Shown: positions 24,904 through 34,170 of the stretch, one piece after another
How positions within the stretch are numbered: the stretch's first letter is position 1
How the letters are laid out: every line of letters begins with the position of its first letter
From: a virus
Taxonomy: Duplodnaviria; Caudoviricetes
Strand: one strand, 5' to 3'
Length of the DNA: 64,000 nucleotides
IMG/VR virus record: IMGVR_UViG_3300034082_002867
Span: 1-64,000 of that record
Made by a program: the position numbers and the translations under genes
Notes under the pieces: generated by a model
Database searches by the model: none
Seen by the model: the letters and a program-made list of their open reading frames with translations, nothing else
Told to the model about the DNA's origin: nothing

Positions 24904-25611
24904 TTAGAAGTTCCAGCGAACTCCCGCAATAGCAACTACATCACCGCTGAACTCTTGGCGTGCGAAGTTATACTTGGAAGACTGAAAATTATTGTCATAA
25001 TATCCAACTTCAGCATAAGGTTGAAGGTGATTAAAGAAAGTGCGAGAGACACCAATCTTGGCTGCTACGACATCATAATCAGTGAACTTGCCATATTCGA
25101 CAGCAGGAGTAACAGTAAACCAGCCGAACACATCGGTTGGGCGTTCAGCACCAACGATATAACCTGATTGACCAAGGTTAAAGTCATGTGAACCACGGAT
25201 GTAAGGAGTTAGATATGGATTTACCAAAGCAATCTTTGGAGCGATTTCAGTGGAATTACGACCTCCAAGAATTGAGCTTTGATGGCGAAGAACTTGCAAA
25301 TCACCGCGAAGGGAGAACTTTTCGGTAATCTTTAGAGCCTTACCAACACCCACCTTCCAATGAGATTCGTCGATGTTATTAGAATTAGGAAGAACGACAC
25401 CACCGACGTAAGCATCTACACCAAAATAGGTCTTTCCAATGTCGAAACCAGCAAATGCTGATCCGCTAGTCTTTGCTAGACCATTGACGATGTAGTGGTT
25501 GTTGTAACCAGCGTTAATACTGGCGTTGATTGTTGATTCCTCGGCATCCGCAGCAAAAACTGCGACTGAGGCTAGAACTGATACGATGAATAACTTAAAT
25601 GACTTAATCAT
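24904..25611 (-). CDS. Outer-membrane beta-barrel protein (TorF/TIGR02001-like)
   Basis: Signal peptide ending AVFA|A, alternating amphipathic strands, C-terminal VRWNF BAM motif. Confidence 0.8.
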   Translation of the reverse strand: MIKSFKLFIVSVLASVAVFAADAEESTINASINAGYNNHYIVNGLAKTSGSAFAGFDIGKTYFGVDAYVGGVVLPNSNNIDESHWKVGVGKALKITEKFSLRGDLQVLRHQSSILGGRNSTEIAPKIALVNPYLTPYIRGSHDFNLGQSGYIVGAERPTDVFGWFTVTPAVEYGKFTDYDVVAAKIGVSRTFFNHLQPYAEVGYYDNNFQSSKYNFARQEFSGDVVAIAGVRWNF

Positions 25612-25661
25612 AGGCGTATAATTTTACACCTTTTTAGCGAGAAGTCAACAAGTTTTTTTCG

Positions 25662-25883
25662 TCAAACGCCTTTTATTTTGTTCATTAAATAATTAGCCCC
25701 AACTGAAACCGCCGCAACTATTCCTGCTAAATAATATTTAAAATACTCAAGGCCAGCGACTCGCGTTTCTAAGTCTTTGTGGCTTTTTTTAATATCGTCT
25801 ATATTGTCAGAGATAGTATCTAATTTTTGTTCCATTCTTGAGAGAACAGCATCGTAACTATTATTTTCGTACTTGTCTGACAT
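25662..25883 (-). CDS. Small coiled-coil protein with C-terminal TM helix (holin/XhlA-like)
   Basis: SRMEQKLD..LETRV..LE then hydrophobic helix. Confidence 0.55.
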   Translation of the reverse strand: MSDKYENNSYDAVLSRMEQKLDTISDNIDDIKKSHKDLETRVAGLEYFKYYLAGIVAAVSVGANYLMNKIKGV

Positions 25884-25956
25884 GTAGTTTTTTACACTAG
25901 AAGCAGAGCTTTGGGAGCGTTGTTTTTTTAATGTTAAATTTTAGTATTTTTTAAGT

Positions 25957-26169
25957 CTATATAAAATAAAAAAGACCTTTAGAGTTATAAACTACTATTT
26001 TAATTTTAGTTTCATTGATCCTGTTTGAGCCAAGTATGTCAGTCACTTGAAAAGGGTCTGGAGTGGGGCTTATTGGAGCGGCCATAACTCTATCTTTTAC
26101 TTTATATATATCTAAATTAGTATCAACAATACTTGGATGGTATTGTCTTGTTAAAGGTGCCATTTTCAT
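25957..26169 (-). CDS. Hypothetical protein
   Basis: ORF track. Confidence 0.5.
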   Translation of the reverse strand: MKMAPLTRQYHPSIVDTNLDIYKVKDRVMAAPISPTPDPFQVTDILGSNRINETKIKIVVYNSKGLFYFI

Positions 26170-27938
26170 ATTGTTTTAGGTGTTGATTCTGTTTTTTTAA
26201 CCCTAGAAGTTGGAAACGCTTTGTTTCCAAAGTCAGATGCGTATAAGCTATATAATCTCATAATAACTCCATGTTTAACAGTAACGTCGCCAAGATCTTC
26301 GACTAATACATAATTTGGCCTATCGTATTTAGCTACAACATCAGAACTAACTAATAAATGATTAGTTTCTCCTGAATCCATTACTCTTTGTGCATAATTA
26401 ATTCCATCACCACTAATGTTTAAATTGCCATTGATATCTTCAAGCGGGCAAACATCGCCACAATGAATACCCATTCTCATTTCTAAATCTGGTCTATTTT
26501 TTACAGCTTTTGCTACGGTAATGCCACAATTGATAGCGTCTTCAAGATAAGTAAAAAATCCGAGAATCATTCCATCTCCTGTCGGTAGAACGATTAATTT
26601 TTCAAGTGCGTTTGCGGTTTTAAATTGTATAGTTGATTTAACTATTTCGCCCAAATCTTTAAAGCATTTTCTCTGCTCATCAGTGGTTTTTTTACTATAT
26701 CCAACTATGTCCATGAAAAAAATATAGCCATCTTGTATTTTGTCCAATTCAAGACGACTAGATTTAACTTCAGCATCAATAGCTGCTACTTGATTTATTA
26801 TTTTTTTAAGTGGTTTCGGAGCTTCGACTTTTTTAACTTCTTCGATTTTCTTTTCTTCGACGACTTTGTTTTTGCTTTTTAAAAATTCTTTCCAGTTGAT
26901 TGTTTTTTTATCTTTTTTCTTTGGATCTTTTGCGACTTCTTCTTCGTGTATTTTTTTTAATTTATCTTCTTCTTCATTTCTTTTATCAATATAAGCTTGC
27001 ATTTGTTTTTTAAATTCTTCGCTGATGTGAATTGTAACGTCTTTACCGTTGCCTCCATTGTCGATTTTTTTCTTTCTTGCCGCTCCTTTTAATTGAAGCA
27101 GTGTTTGCATTTTAATATTGCCGGTTTTAAAAGCCAAATCTAATGGAGCTATTTCGCCTTTAAAATCCGCTCCATTAACATTAGCTCCTAAACATATCAA
27201 AAACTCGACCATTTCTATATCGTTAGCGTTAACGGCATAATGAATAGGCATCCATCCATTTTTTTCATCCCTACCGTTTATGCGACCATCAACATCAAAA
27301 TACTTTTGAACACCTTCAAAATCTCCTGTTTCAGCACAAAAATGAAGGCTTGAACCACCAGAAGATTTTGCGCCAGCTTTAGTTAATATTCTTACTATTT
27401 CGCCTCTATTACCTAAAGCTAATACGTCTATTGGATTATTCTTTCCTAAGAAGTCTTTAGCGTTAACATCTGCACCTTTGATTAATAAATATTCTACAAG
27501 ATGTTTTTGTCCGTAGTGAGCCGCGTAATGCAGAGCGGTCCAGCCTTTTGCGGCATCAACTTCATTTAAAGTATGTCCTTTGTTCAACATCTCTTCGATA
27601 GAGACTATATCTCCATTTTTAGCGGCTAAATGAAAACTGCTACCACTGCCGTATTTTGCGCCACGTTTTTGAAGAGTATCAACAATTGATAAAAACCCTT
27701 TTTGTTCTGCAATATCAAGTGCTGTATTTTTACTTGTCCAGTCTTTACAATTAACATCAGCACCATGATTCAATAATAATTCAACAATTTCTTTATTGTT
27801 TTCTGACACGGCTACGATAAGAGGAGGGTTGCCGGTATCCTCATCTCTTTCGTTTATATTAACTTTATCTTTAACTATGCAATTGTAGACATTATCATAT
27901 AAATTGCGGCGGATATGAGTGAAAATATTAATTGCCAT
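26166..27938 (-). CDS. Ankyrin-repeat protein fused to class III nucleotide cyclase
   Basis: About 7-8 ankyrin repeats; K/E-rich linker; FMDIVGYSK, PTGDG, RMGIHCG, GDGINYAQRV. Confidence 0.9.
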   Translation of the reverse strand: MAINIFTHIRRNLYDNVYNCIVKDKVNINERDEDTGNPPLIVAVSENNKEIVELLLNHGADVNCKDWTSKNTALDIAEQKGFLSIVDTLQKRGAKYGSGSSFHLAAKNGDIVSIEEMLNKGHTLNEVDAAKGWTALHYAAHYGQKHLVEYLLIKGADVNAKDFLGKNNPIDVLALGNRGEIVRILTKAGAKSSGGSSLHFCAETGDFEGVQKYFDVDGRINGRDEKNGWMPIHYAVNANDIEMVEFLICLGANVNGADFKGEIAPLDLAFKTGNIKMQTLLQLKGAARKKKIDNGGNGKDVTIHISEEFKKQMQAYIDKRNEEEDKLKKIHEEEVAKDPKKKDKKTINWKEFLKSKNKVVEEKKIEEVKKVEAPKPLKKIINQVAAIDAEVKSSRLELDKIQDGYIFFMDIVGYSKKTTDEQRKCFKDLGEIVKSTIQFKTANALEKLIVLPTGDGMILGFFTYLEDAINCGITVAKAVKNRPDLEMRMGIHCGDVCPLEDINGNLNISGDGINYAQRVMDSGETNHLLVSSDVVAKYDRPNYVLVEDLGDVTVKHGVIMRLYSLYASDFGNKAFPTSRVKKTESTPKTI

Positions 27939-27939
27939 T

Positions 27940-28320
27940 TTAGTCTTGCTTTTTAAATCTACTTAGATCTAAGTTAGCAAGAGGCTTTTCAATATTTAAT
28001 GATGCTAGTCTTTCGTTTTGGACGACTAGTTTGCTGCCGCCCAAAACCTTTCCGTCAACAACATCGTATATGAAGAATACGGTCTTTGTTAAACCCACTC
28101 TAACTATTCTTCCAGGTTTACCATCTACATAAACGACATCATCTTCTTTATAATCATTTCCAACAAACATGAATAAAGCTGCGGCAAGTTTTTCGATACT
28201 AGACTTAAACATTAATGCTACAAGTCCAATAATAAATAACCAAACATATTTGCCGGTCAAATCTTGACCAGTTGATTCTAATACTTGTTGTGATATAACG
28301 TGTGCGTCGTTTGTGTTCAT
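27940..28320 (-). CDS. Truncated MscS-like protein (TM plus beta domain)
   Basis: TM helix then YKEDDVVYVDGKPGRIVRVGLTKTVF. Confidence 0.6.
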   Translation of the reverse strand: MNTNDAHVISQQVLESTGQDLTGKYVWLFIIGLVALMFKSSIEKLAAALFMFVGNDYKEDDVVYVDGKPGRIVRVGLTKTVFFIYDVVDGKVLGGSKLVVQNERLASLNIEKPLANLDLSRFKKQD

Positions 28321-28406
28321 ATAATCAGTTGTGTCATAACTGATTACACTAAAATAAATAAAATAGATTTTTTAAAGTTCTCCGGTATTTTTTAGTATAT
28401 TGCCGG

Positions 28407-29366
28407 TTATTTGATCCACTTTTGTTCTCTTAATATATTATCTATTAAATCTTTTTCATCGCTATCCATTTCTTTCTCGAAACGTTTTAGTAATTCATTT
28501 AATGGATATACTCTATCAGGAGATTCTTTCTGTTTTACTTTCAATTCTTGAATAACATCTACAATTTTAACAAGAGGAGATTTAAATTCATCAACCTTAT
28601 CTTTTGTTGCGAAATCACACATTTCAAAAGCTTTGGGAGTAAGAGCTTTAAGAATAGATATGATTGCAGATCCCAACATATTAAATATTGAGAATGCAGC
28701 GGCGGCAGCAGGATGAACCGTAGCCAATAAACGAAGAAGAACGAATACCACAACAAATACTAATATTGCAGTTAACGCGCTAACAATAAATTTCTTTAAT
28801 CCCCAAAATACTGCATTAAGACCAAACATTCCGCTCATTGAATCTAATACAGCTTTATTTTGATCAGCTTCTTTGGCTACTTCTTTAGCTTTATCGGTTA
28901 GTTGCCAGAGTTGATCGTCGTATTTTTGATTTAATTCTGATTTTTCTTTTTGAAGTTTATTTATTAGCTCGTCTCTTTGAGTTAATAACTCTTCGCCTTT
29001 TTTACGTTCTTCAACTAAAGCGGAGTTTAAAAGATCTACTGTAGCTTTAATTCTTTTTGTTTCGTCTATGTGAGGCGAACCGACAATGGAAATAACTCTT
29101 TCGTTCAATTTTAATGCCGTGTCTACTTGCACAGGAGCATTAGTAACTTGATTTAAAGAATGTTGAATGCCGATTGAAAGCCCAGAGGTTTGTATTTTCT
29201 TACCTTTGTCGTTCTTTTCGATTTCTACTAAAGTGTTATCTACTTTTTTTTCTTCTTTCGCGATAATCTTTTGATTGTCATCGATTTGTTTAGAAGGTTT
29301 AACAGTAGAAAAACATCCAGTTAATAAAAAAACCAATATAATAAATATTGGTAGCTTGAAAGTCAT
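28407..29366 (-). CDS. Lipoprotein with coiled coil and C-terminal TM segment(s); possible unimolecular spanin
   Basis: Lipobox LLTG|C17, heptad-rich middle, hydrophobic segment FIVSALTAILVFVVVFVLL. Confidence 0.65.
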   Translation of the reverse strand: MTFKLPIFIILVFLLTGCFSTVKPSKQIDDNQKIIAKEEKKVDNTLVEIEKNDKGKKIQTSGLSIGIQHSLNQVTNAPVQVDTALKLNERVISIVGSPHIDETKRIKATVDLLNSALVEERKKGEELLTQRDELINKLQKEKSELNQKYDDQLWQLTDKAKEVAKEADQNKAVLDSMSGMFGLNAVFWGLKKFIVSALTAILVFVVVFVLLRLLATVHPAAAAAFSIFNMLGSAIISILKALTPKAFEMCDFATKDKVDEFKSPLVKIVDVIQELKVKQKESPDRVYPLNELLKRFEKEMDSDEKDLIDNILREQKWIK

Positions 29367-29408
29367 ATCTATGATTACACAGATAATGATAAAAAGAAAA
29401 TATAAAAA

Positions 29409-30719
29409 TTATCTGCTTACTTCTTCCCAATCTATAGCCGCAAAAATAGTTTCATTACCAGTCGCAGCGGTAACAACAAGTGTTAATTCATTTGGAGTTG
29501 AAGTTAGACCGTTTCTTTCTAGTTGAAACTTAAAAACGGCTTCTCTGACAATGTCAATTGATGGAGAACCTCGATTTGATGAATTTAAAAATCCACTTGC
29601 AAGTATTCTTCCTCCGCTAAAAGAGGTTCCAGTGATATTATATTCAACTGCGCTATCGCTTCCAGCACTGACCCAAGTTCCTGCTGATGTTGTTCCGGCT
29701 ACTATTATTCGCCAATTGTAATTAATACCATTAGCAGTTCCCATCATAGAAAATGCAGTTGGAATCACAATTGCATCTAAAAAAGCACTTTTTAATCTTA
29801 TACTAATTATTGGATAATAAGTTCCAGCGGTAGTCAAAGCTCTTGGAGAGGTGATCGGTATATTTATTGATTGTTGCAATCCATTGAGTTCAAAACCGCC
29901 TTCAGAAACAACAGTAGAGCAAATTTGTTTTAATGTGCTATTACCAGAAGTTGCGGCAGTGTTTTTAATTTCATAACGAAGCGGCAAAGATGCTGATGTG
30001 ATATACGTTGAGGTTATTAAATTTGCATGATAAAATATATGACATAAAACAAACTGACCATTTATAACAAATCCTGTTCTAACAGAACCTACACCCAACC
30101 ATTCAATATCCATCCATAAAATTTGAGCTTTAGAAATGTCTAAAGTTAAACCAGAAGGCCCACTTCCATCTAACTTGTCGTTGCTCCAAGAAGATTGTGC
30201 TATTCTAGTATCTACTAAAACGCCGCTTACAGAACTTCTTTTAACTATATATAAAACAGAATTGGCGAGTTCAATATATATTCCATTATTAGCACCATAA
30301 TATCCAACTCTTTGACGAAGACCAGTTTTTGCTGATTGCATTACAAAGGTATTCATTACTAATAATGATTTTCCCGGTTGATAAGCAAACACTTTTACAG
30401 TTTCTCTAACTACTTCGGAATTAATAGTATTATCAACTTCTAAATCAACTAGACCTTCATTAGCGTCGAATGTTGCTGATGCTGTTCCTGTAGTCGCCGT
30501 ACTCCAAAGATTGTTATCCTTAAATCTATGAGAGCTATCAAATAAAGTAAAAGGATTTGAAACTCTTTGGCGACCAAAAGCATCATTAGATGGGTTCGTG
30601 ACTGAATTTCCACCGTAAAAATCACTATCCTTAAATGGTCTATAATACTCTTTTTGAGTATCATAAATCAAATTAGTATTTACATTTTGAGGAAACTGAG
30701 CGGCGAACAATTGAGCCAT
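29409..30719 (-). CDS. Beta-rich phage protein, probably virion structural
   Basis: DAFGRQRVSNPFTLFDS N-terminal motif; S/T/G-rich strands. Confidence 0.6.
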   Translation of the reverse strand: MAQLFAAQFPQNVNTNLIYDTQKEYYRPFKDSDFYGGNSVTNPSNDAFGRQRVSNPFTLFDSSHRFKDNNLWSTATTGTASATFDANEGLVDLEVDNTINSEVVRETVKVFAYQPGKSLLVMNTFVMQSAKTGLRQRVGYYGANNGIYIELANSVLYIVKRSSVSGVLVDTRIAQSSWSNDKLDGSGPSGLTLDISKAQILWMDIEWLGVGSVRTGFVINGQFVLCHIFYHANLITSTYITSASLPLRYEIKNTAATSGNSTLKQICSTVVSEGGFELNGLQQSINIPITSPRALTTAGTYYPIISIRLKSAFLDAIVIPTAFSMMGTANGINYNWRIIVAGTTSAGTWVSAGSDSAVEYNITGTSFSGGRILASGFLNSSNRGSPSIDIVREAVFKFQLERNGLTSTPNELTLVVTAATGNETIFAAIDWEEVSR

Positions 30720-30733
30720 AAATAGTTTTACAC

Positions 30734-31063
30734 TTACTTTTTTCTATACACGGAGTTTTCTTTTGTTATCTTAATTTTTAAAAGACGGTTTCCATCGCCA
30801 ATTTTAACGTATTGATCGTCGTACAGTAATACATAATCATCTTTTTTAAATAACTCGCCTATTTTAACTAGGTTGTATTTTTTAATATCTTTATCGGATA
30901 AGGTAAAAACATTAACTGCTCTATGTATATTTGAAACATTATCGTTCACTATTGGAGCCTTTTTTAATTTTCTTTGTATTCTTGCGTCCCCAATTGATTG
31001 AATCGTGATTATCTTTATATTGTTTGCTAAAACAATTCCTTGGTTTATCGCCTTTGCCAGCAC
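30734..31063 (-). CDS. Hypothetical protein
   Basis: ORF track. Confidence 0.55.
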   Translation of the reverse strand: MLAKAINQGIVLANNIKIITIQSIGDARIQRKLKKAPIVNDNVSNIHRAVNVFTLSDKDIKKYNLVKIGELFKKDDYVLLYDDQYVKIGDGNRLLKIKITKENSVYRKK

Positions 31064-31099
31064 TCATATTTTTTATTTATATAATTCTTGCTTATAAAA

Positions 31100-31173
31100 T
31101 GGTTGTCCGAACAGGATTTGAACCTATACAAAAAGAGTCAAAGTCTTTTGTGCTACCGTTACACCATCGGACA
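31100..31173 (-). tRNA. tRNA-Gln(UUG)
   Basis: U1-A72; anticodon arm AAAGA-CU UUG AC-UCUUU; CCA. Confidence 0.93.
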
Positions 31174-31181
31174 ATTTAAAT

Positions 31182-31274
31182 TGGCGGTGAGAGAAGGATT
31201 TGAACCTTCGGTACTCTTTTGGAGTACGGAATTTTAGTAGAATTCTGCCATAAACCAGACTCGGCCACCTCACC
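31182..31274 (-). tRNA. tRNA-Ser(ACU)
   Basis: Anticodon arm GAAUU-CU ACU AA-AAUUC; G73; long variable arm GUACUC/GAGUAC; CCA. Confidence 0.9.
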
Positions 31275-31551
31275 TAAGCTTTTCTACTTCAAAACATCCA
31301 AAACCAGCTTGATGTTCAAAAGTTAGTAGTCCACATCTTTTACTTTTTTTATTTGCACAGACTCCGTAATCAAAGTCTGCATCTCTATATTTCTGATTGT
31401 ATAAAGGAATAAAATGCTTACACCCGCCGCTACAATCATTGTACTCAGCATCAGGATCAGCCCAGCGAGATATTTTTCCTCCATAATCTATATAATCAGT
31501 ATCAAGAACTTTACAAAGATCCAATAGACCTAAATCTTTGTTTTTTTTCAC
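31270..31551 (-). CDS. Cys-rich hypothetical protein
   Basis: DCSGGCKHF..GVCAN..RCGLLTFEHQAGFGC. Confidence 0.65.
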   Translation of the reverse strand: MKKNKDLGLLDLCKVLDTDYIDYGGKISRWADPDAEYNDCSGGCKHFIPLYNQKYRDADFDYGVCANKKSKRCGLLTFEHQAGFGCFEVEKLR

Positions 31552-31841
31552 TTCTTCTTTCTATTTTTCACAGAACGAGTTGAAGTATTAAGACCAAAAT
31601 TCAAATCTATCCACGCTGTTTCTATTAACGCTTTGTCTTTAGTGAGCTTCATCTTTTCGCGCATATACTTCATCGTCCAGTTCTTCCACTTCTCATTCTC
31701 TTCTGGGGAATATGTATACTTCTGATACCAATTTGGTACTTGATTATTGCAAATATCTTCGTATTTTATATCTAAATTCGCAATTTTAAATTGTTTATCT
31801 ATTATCTTTTTAATATGTTTATCGTTCATACGCCGGTCCAT
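31548..31841 (-). CDS. Hypothetical protein
   Basis: ORF track. Confidence 0.6.
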   Translation of the reverse strand: MDRRMNDKHIKKIIDKQFKIANLDIKYEDICNNQVPNWYQKYTYSPEENEKWKNWTMKYMREKMKLTKDKALIETAWIDLNFGLNTSTRSVKNRKKK

Positions 31842-32266
31842 CCAAATCCACCGTCTTCTCTTACGGTATTATCAAGAGTGTTGGTTTCATTAAAGTTTAC
31901 CGAATAACAAGCTTCAAATATAATTTGAGCAATTCGATCACCTTTCTTAACTATAAAATCAATATCCTTGTCTGTATTATAAAGAATAACTCCAATATCT
32001 CCACGATAATCGCAATCAATCACGCCAGCCAGAACATCAATACCATTTTTATAAGCCAAGCCAGAACGAGGAGCAATACGTCCGTAGTGGCCGGTAGTAA
32101 TTGCCATTGAAATATTAGTCTTTACTAATTTGCGAGTTCCGCAAACGATTGTAGCGTCTTCTGCCGCATATAAATCATATCCAGCCGCAAAATTTGTTCC
32201 TTGAGTGGGAATTGTTGCGTTATCAGAAAGCTTCTTAATATTTATTTGTAGAACTTCTTTATACAT
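31826..32266 (-). CDS. dut: Trimeric dUTPase
   Basis: AAGYDL, RIAPRSGLA, GVIDCDYRG, GDRIAQ, REDGGFGWTG. Confidence 0.95.
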   Translation of the reverse strand: MYKEVLQINIKKLSDNATIPTQGTNFAAGYDLYAAEDATIVCGTRKLVKTNISMAITTGHYGRIAPRSGLAYKNGIDVLAGVIDCDYRGDIGVILYNTDKDIDFIVKKGDRIAQIIFEACYSVNFNETNTLDNTVREDGGFGWTGV

Positions 32267-32267
32267 A

Positions 32268-33017
32268 TTACTTATCTTTTAACATTGACATTAAAATTCT
32301 AGCTTCTTTTGCGGGAATATCATTGTAACAAGTCCAAACTTTAGCTTCGGCATTCTTATAAACACCAAGCTTCCAAGCGTTTCGAAGGTAATCTTGAAAC
32401 TCTTCAAAATTACTGAGTCCAGAATTTTTAGCAGTCTTTTCTAACATACCTTGAGAAGAAGGAAGAGCGACTTCATTATCGTCTTCAAACACTGAAGGGG
32501 TTCCCTTCTTGGAAGCATCGATTTCATCGCTACCTACGATATGTACGCCTAGAAAGTTTCTTACAGACCTAACGAATGCACGATTAGCTGCAATCGTCTC
32601 CAAAAATTTGACAGCAAAATCTGAAGTGTTATTGACTGTAGCATTTGCGATATCTTCGTAGTAGCTTTCATGTTCTGATTCATAATTTGAAATCCATGTT
32701 ATACCGCATTTAATGGCGACATAAGACGCTTCACATTTAACAACATCGTATTTTACGCTTGTATAACCTCGTAGTTTTGCAAGTTCTTTAATACCAGACA
32801 GCTTGATAAGAAGTTGATTGTCAGCAAGACCTTCAATCGAAGTTGGCATCTGCTGTTTGCGCGATTCAAACCAGCCTCTATTAGGAAATAGATGCTCTGG
32901 TTTAACCATTGCTCGCCAGTTGATTGAGCCGTCTTCATTTGTCTTGTAATCTATTCCTTGAATTAGACCCCATGCATTACGCGATTGGGGTGTTAGATGT
33001 GGGTTCTTCTCGCTCAT
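32268..33017 (-). CDS. Putative Rad52/Erf-like single-strand annealing protein (start revised to ATG at 33017)
   Basis: ETIAANRAFVRSVRNFLG helix after beta strands; location among replication genes. Confidence 0.45.
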   Translation of the reverse strand: MSEKNPHLTPQSRNAWGLIQGIDYKTNEDGSINWRAMVKPEHLFPNRGWFESRKQQMPTSIEGLADNQLLIKLSGIKELAKLRGYTSVKYDVVKCEASYVAIKCGITWISNYESEHESYYEDIANATVNNTSDFAVKFLETIAANRAFVRSVRNFLGVHIVGSDEIDASKKGTPSVFEDDNEVALPSSQGMLEKTAKNSGLSNFEEFQDYLRNAWKLGVYKNAEAKVWTCYNDIPAKEARILMSMLKDK

Positions 33018-34170
33018 TGTAGATTTTAAAGAATTCGATTTCTTTTTCGAACTCTCTTGAGAGAATAACACATTCGTCTGAATTGTCAAGGTGTTTGTTC
33101 AAGGTATGATTGGCCTTGCAGGAAAATTGTTTCCCTTTGGATATTAAAATCTTAGAGCTAATGAATTTAGACTTCTCTGAAATTGTTGGCAGCTTTTCCA
33201 AAGCCGAGTCGTTTTCAAAATCTTTATTTATGTCCCAATCTAAAAATTTAAATTTATATTCATTTAGCTTTTCTTTGTCGTCGCAAAATATTTTTAATTT
33301 AAGACCTATCGTTTTGCAGTGTTTTAAGAATTTTTCAGATATGTTCTCTGACATCATTATAGTCATAAGAATGATATTGCTTCTATGAGGAGCTATAAGA
33401 TTTATGTTTATATCTTTGTCTGTGATAATATTTACTTTTCTATTAGCCATCCAATAATTAAACACAGAAACGTTTAAATTTTTTATGTAATCTAGTCGTA
33501 AATTTATTGATCGCCCTTTCATGAAATCTTCTCCAGATATAAAATCTGGAACAATCTCTACGATTTTTTGATTAAAACTATTGCCAAGACTTACCAGTTC
33601 AAATCTATGAAGATCATTTTCAATATTTAAATTATCTAATATGTTTTTGGCGATTACATAAGGGCTAATTAAATTAATTGTTTTTGGCGTTTCTTTCAAG
33701 CTTCCGTATGAAGGTAAGTTGCCTTCTCTGTCAGATTCTAAAATTATTTGAGAATTTTGATTCCAAACTGGTTGTGTGTTTTTTGGATTGAATACAGAAT
33801 ATAAACCAATAGATTTTACATTAAAAACAGAAGCAATATATAAACTATAATTTTCATTAGAAATTAACAGTTTAGCTTTTGATATCAAATAGTTTTCTTG
33901 TTTTTTGTTTATCGTTATGTAGCATTTACTGCAAGCAAGTTTAGTATTTTTCTCGGTTGCTAGTTGAAAAACATCTATATTAGCTTCTTTTAAGTAATCT
34001 TTAATAAGATCAAGGACATCATTAAAATAATCATATTCACCAGTATCGTTTTTGCTTCTTGTGTCGATGATTATATAATTATCATTTTTGATTGGCAGAA
34101 AATATTTATCAAGATAAGGCTTAGAGATTTTAACTCCGCAATCTAAAGCCATTTTTTCAGTTAGATTCAT
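32977..34170 (-). CDS. Hypothetical protein, GT9-like N-terminal half (start revised to ATG at 34170)
   Basis: YDYFNDV..L...VFQL..AKLLISNE..LYIAS..VKSIGLY pattern. Confidence 0.5.
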   Translation of the reverse strand: MNLTEKMALDCGVKISKPYLDKYFLPIKNDNYIIIDTRSKNDTGEYDYFNDVLDLIKDYLKEANIDVFQLATEKNTKLACSKCYITINKKQENYLISKAKLLISNENYSLYIASVFNVKSIGLYSVFNPKNTQPVWNQNSQIILESDREGNLPSYGSLKETPKTINLISPYVIAKNILDNLNIENDLHRFELVSLGNSFNQKIVEIVPDFISGEDFMKGRSINLRLDYIKNLNVSVFNYWMANRKVNIITDKDININLIAPHRSNIILMTIMMSENISEKFLKHCKTIGLKLKIFCDDKEKLNEYKFKFLDWDINKDFENDSALEKLPTISEKSKFISSKILISKGKQFSCKANHTLNKHLDNSDECVILSREFEKEIEFFKIYNEREEPTSNTPIA

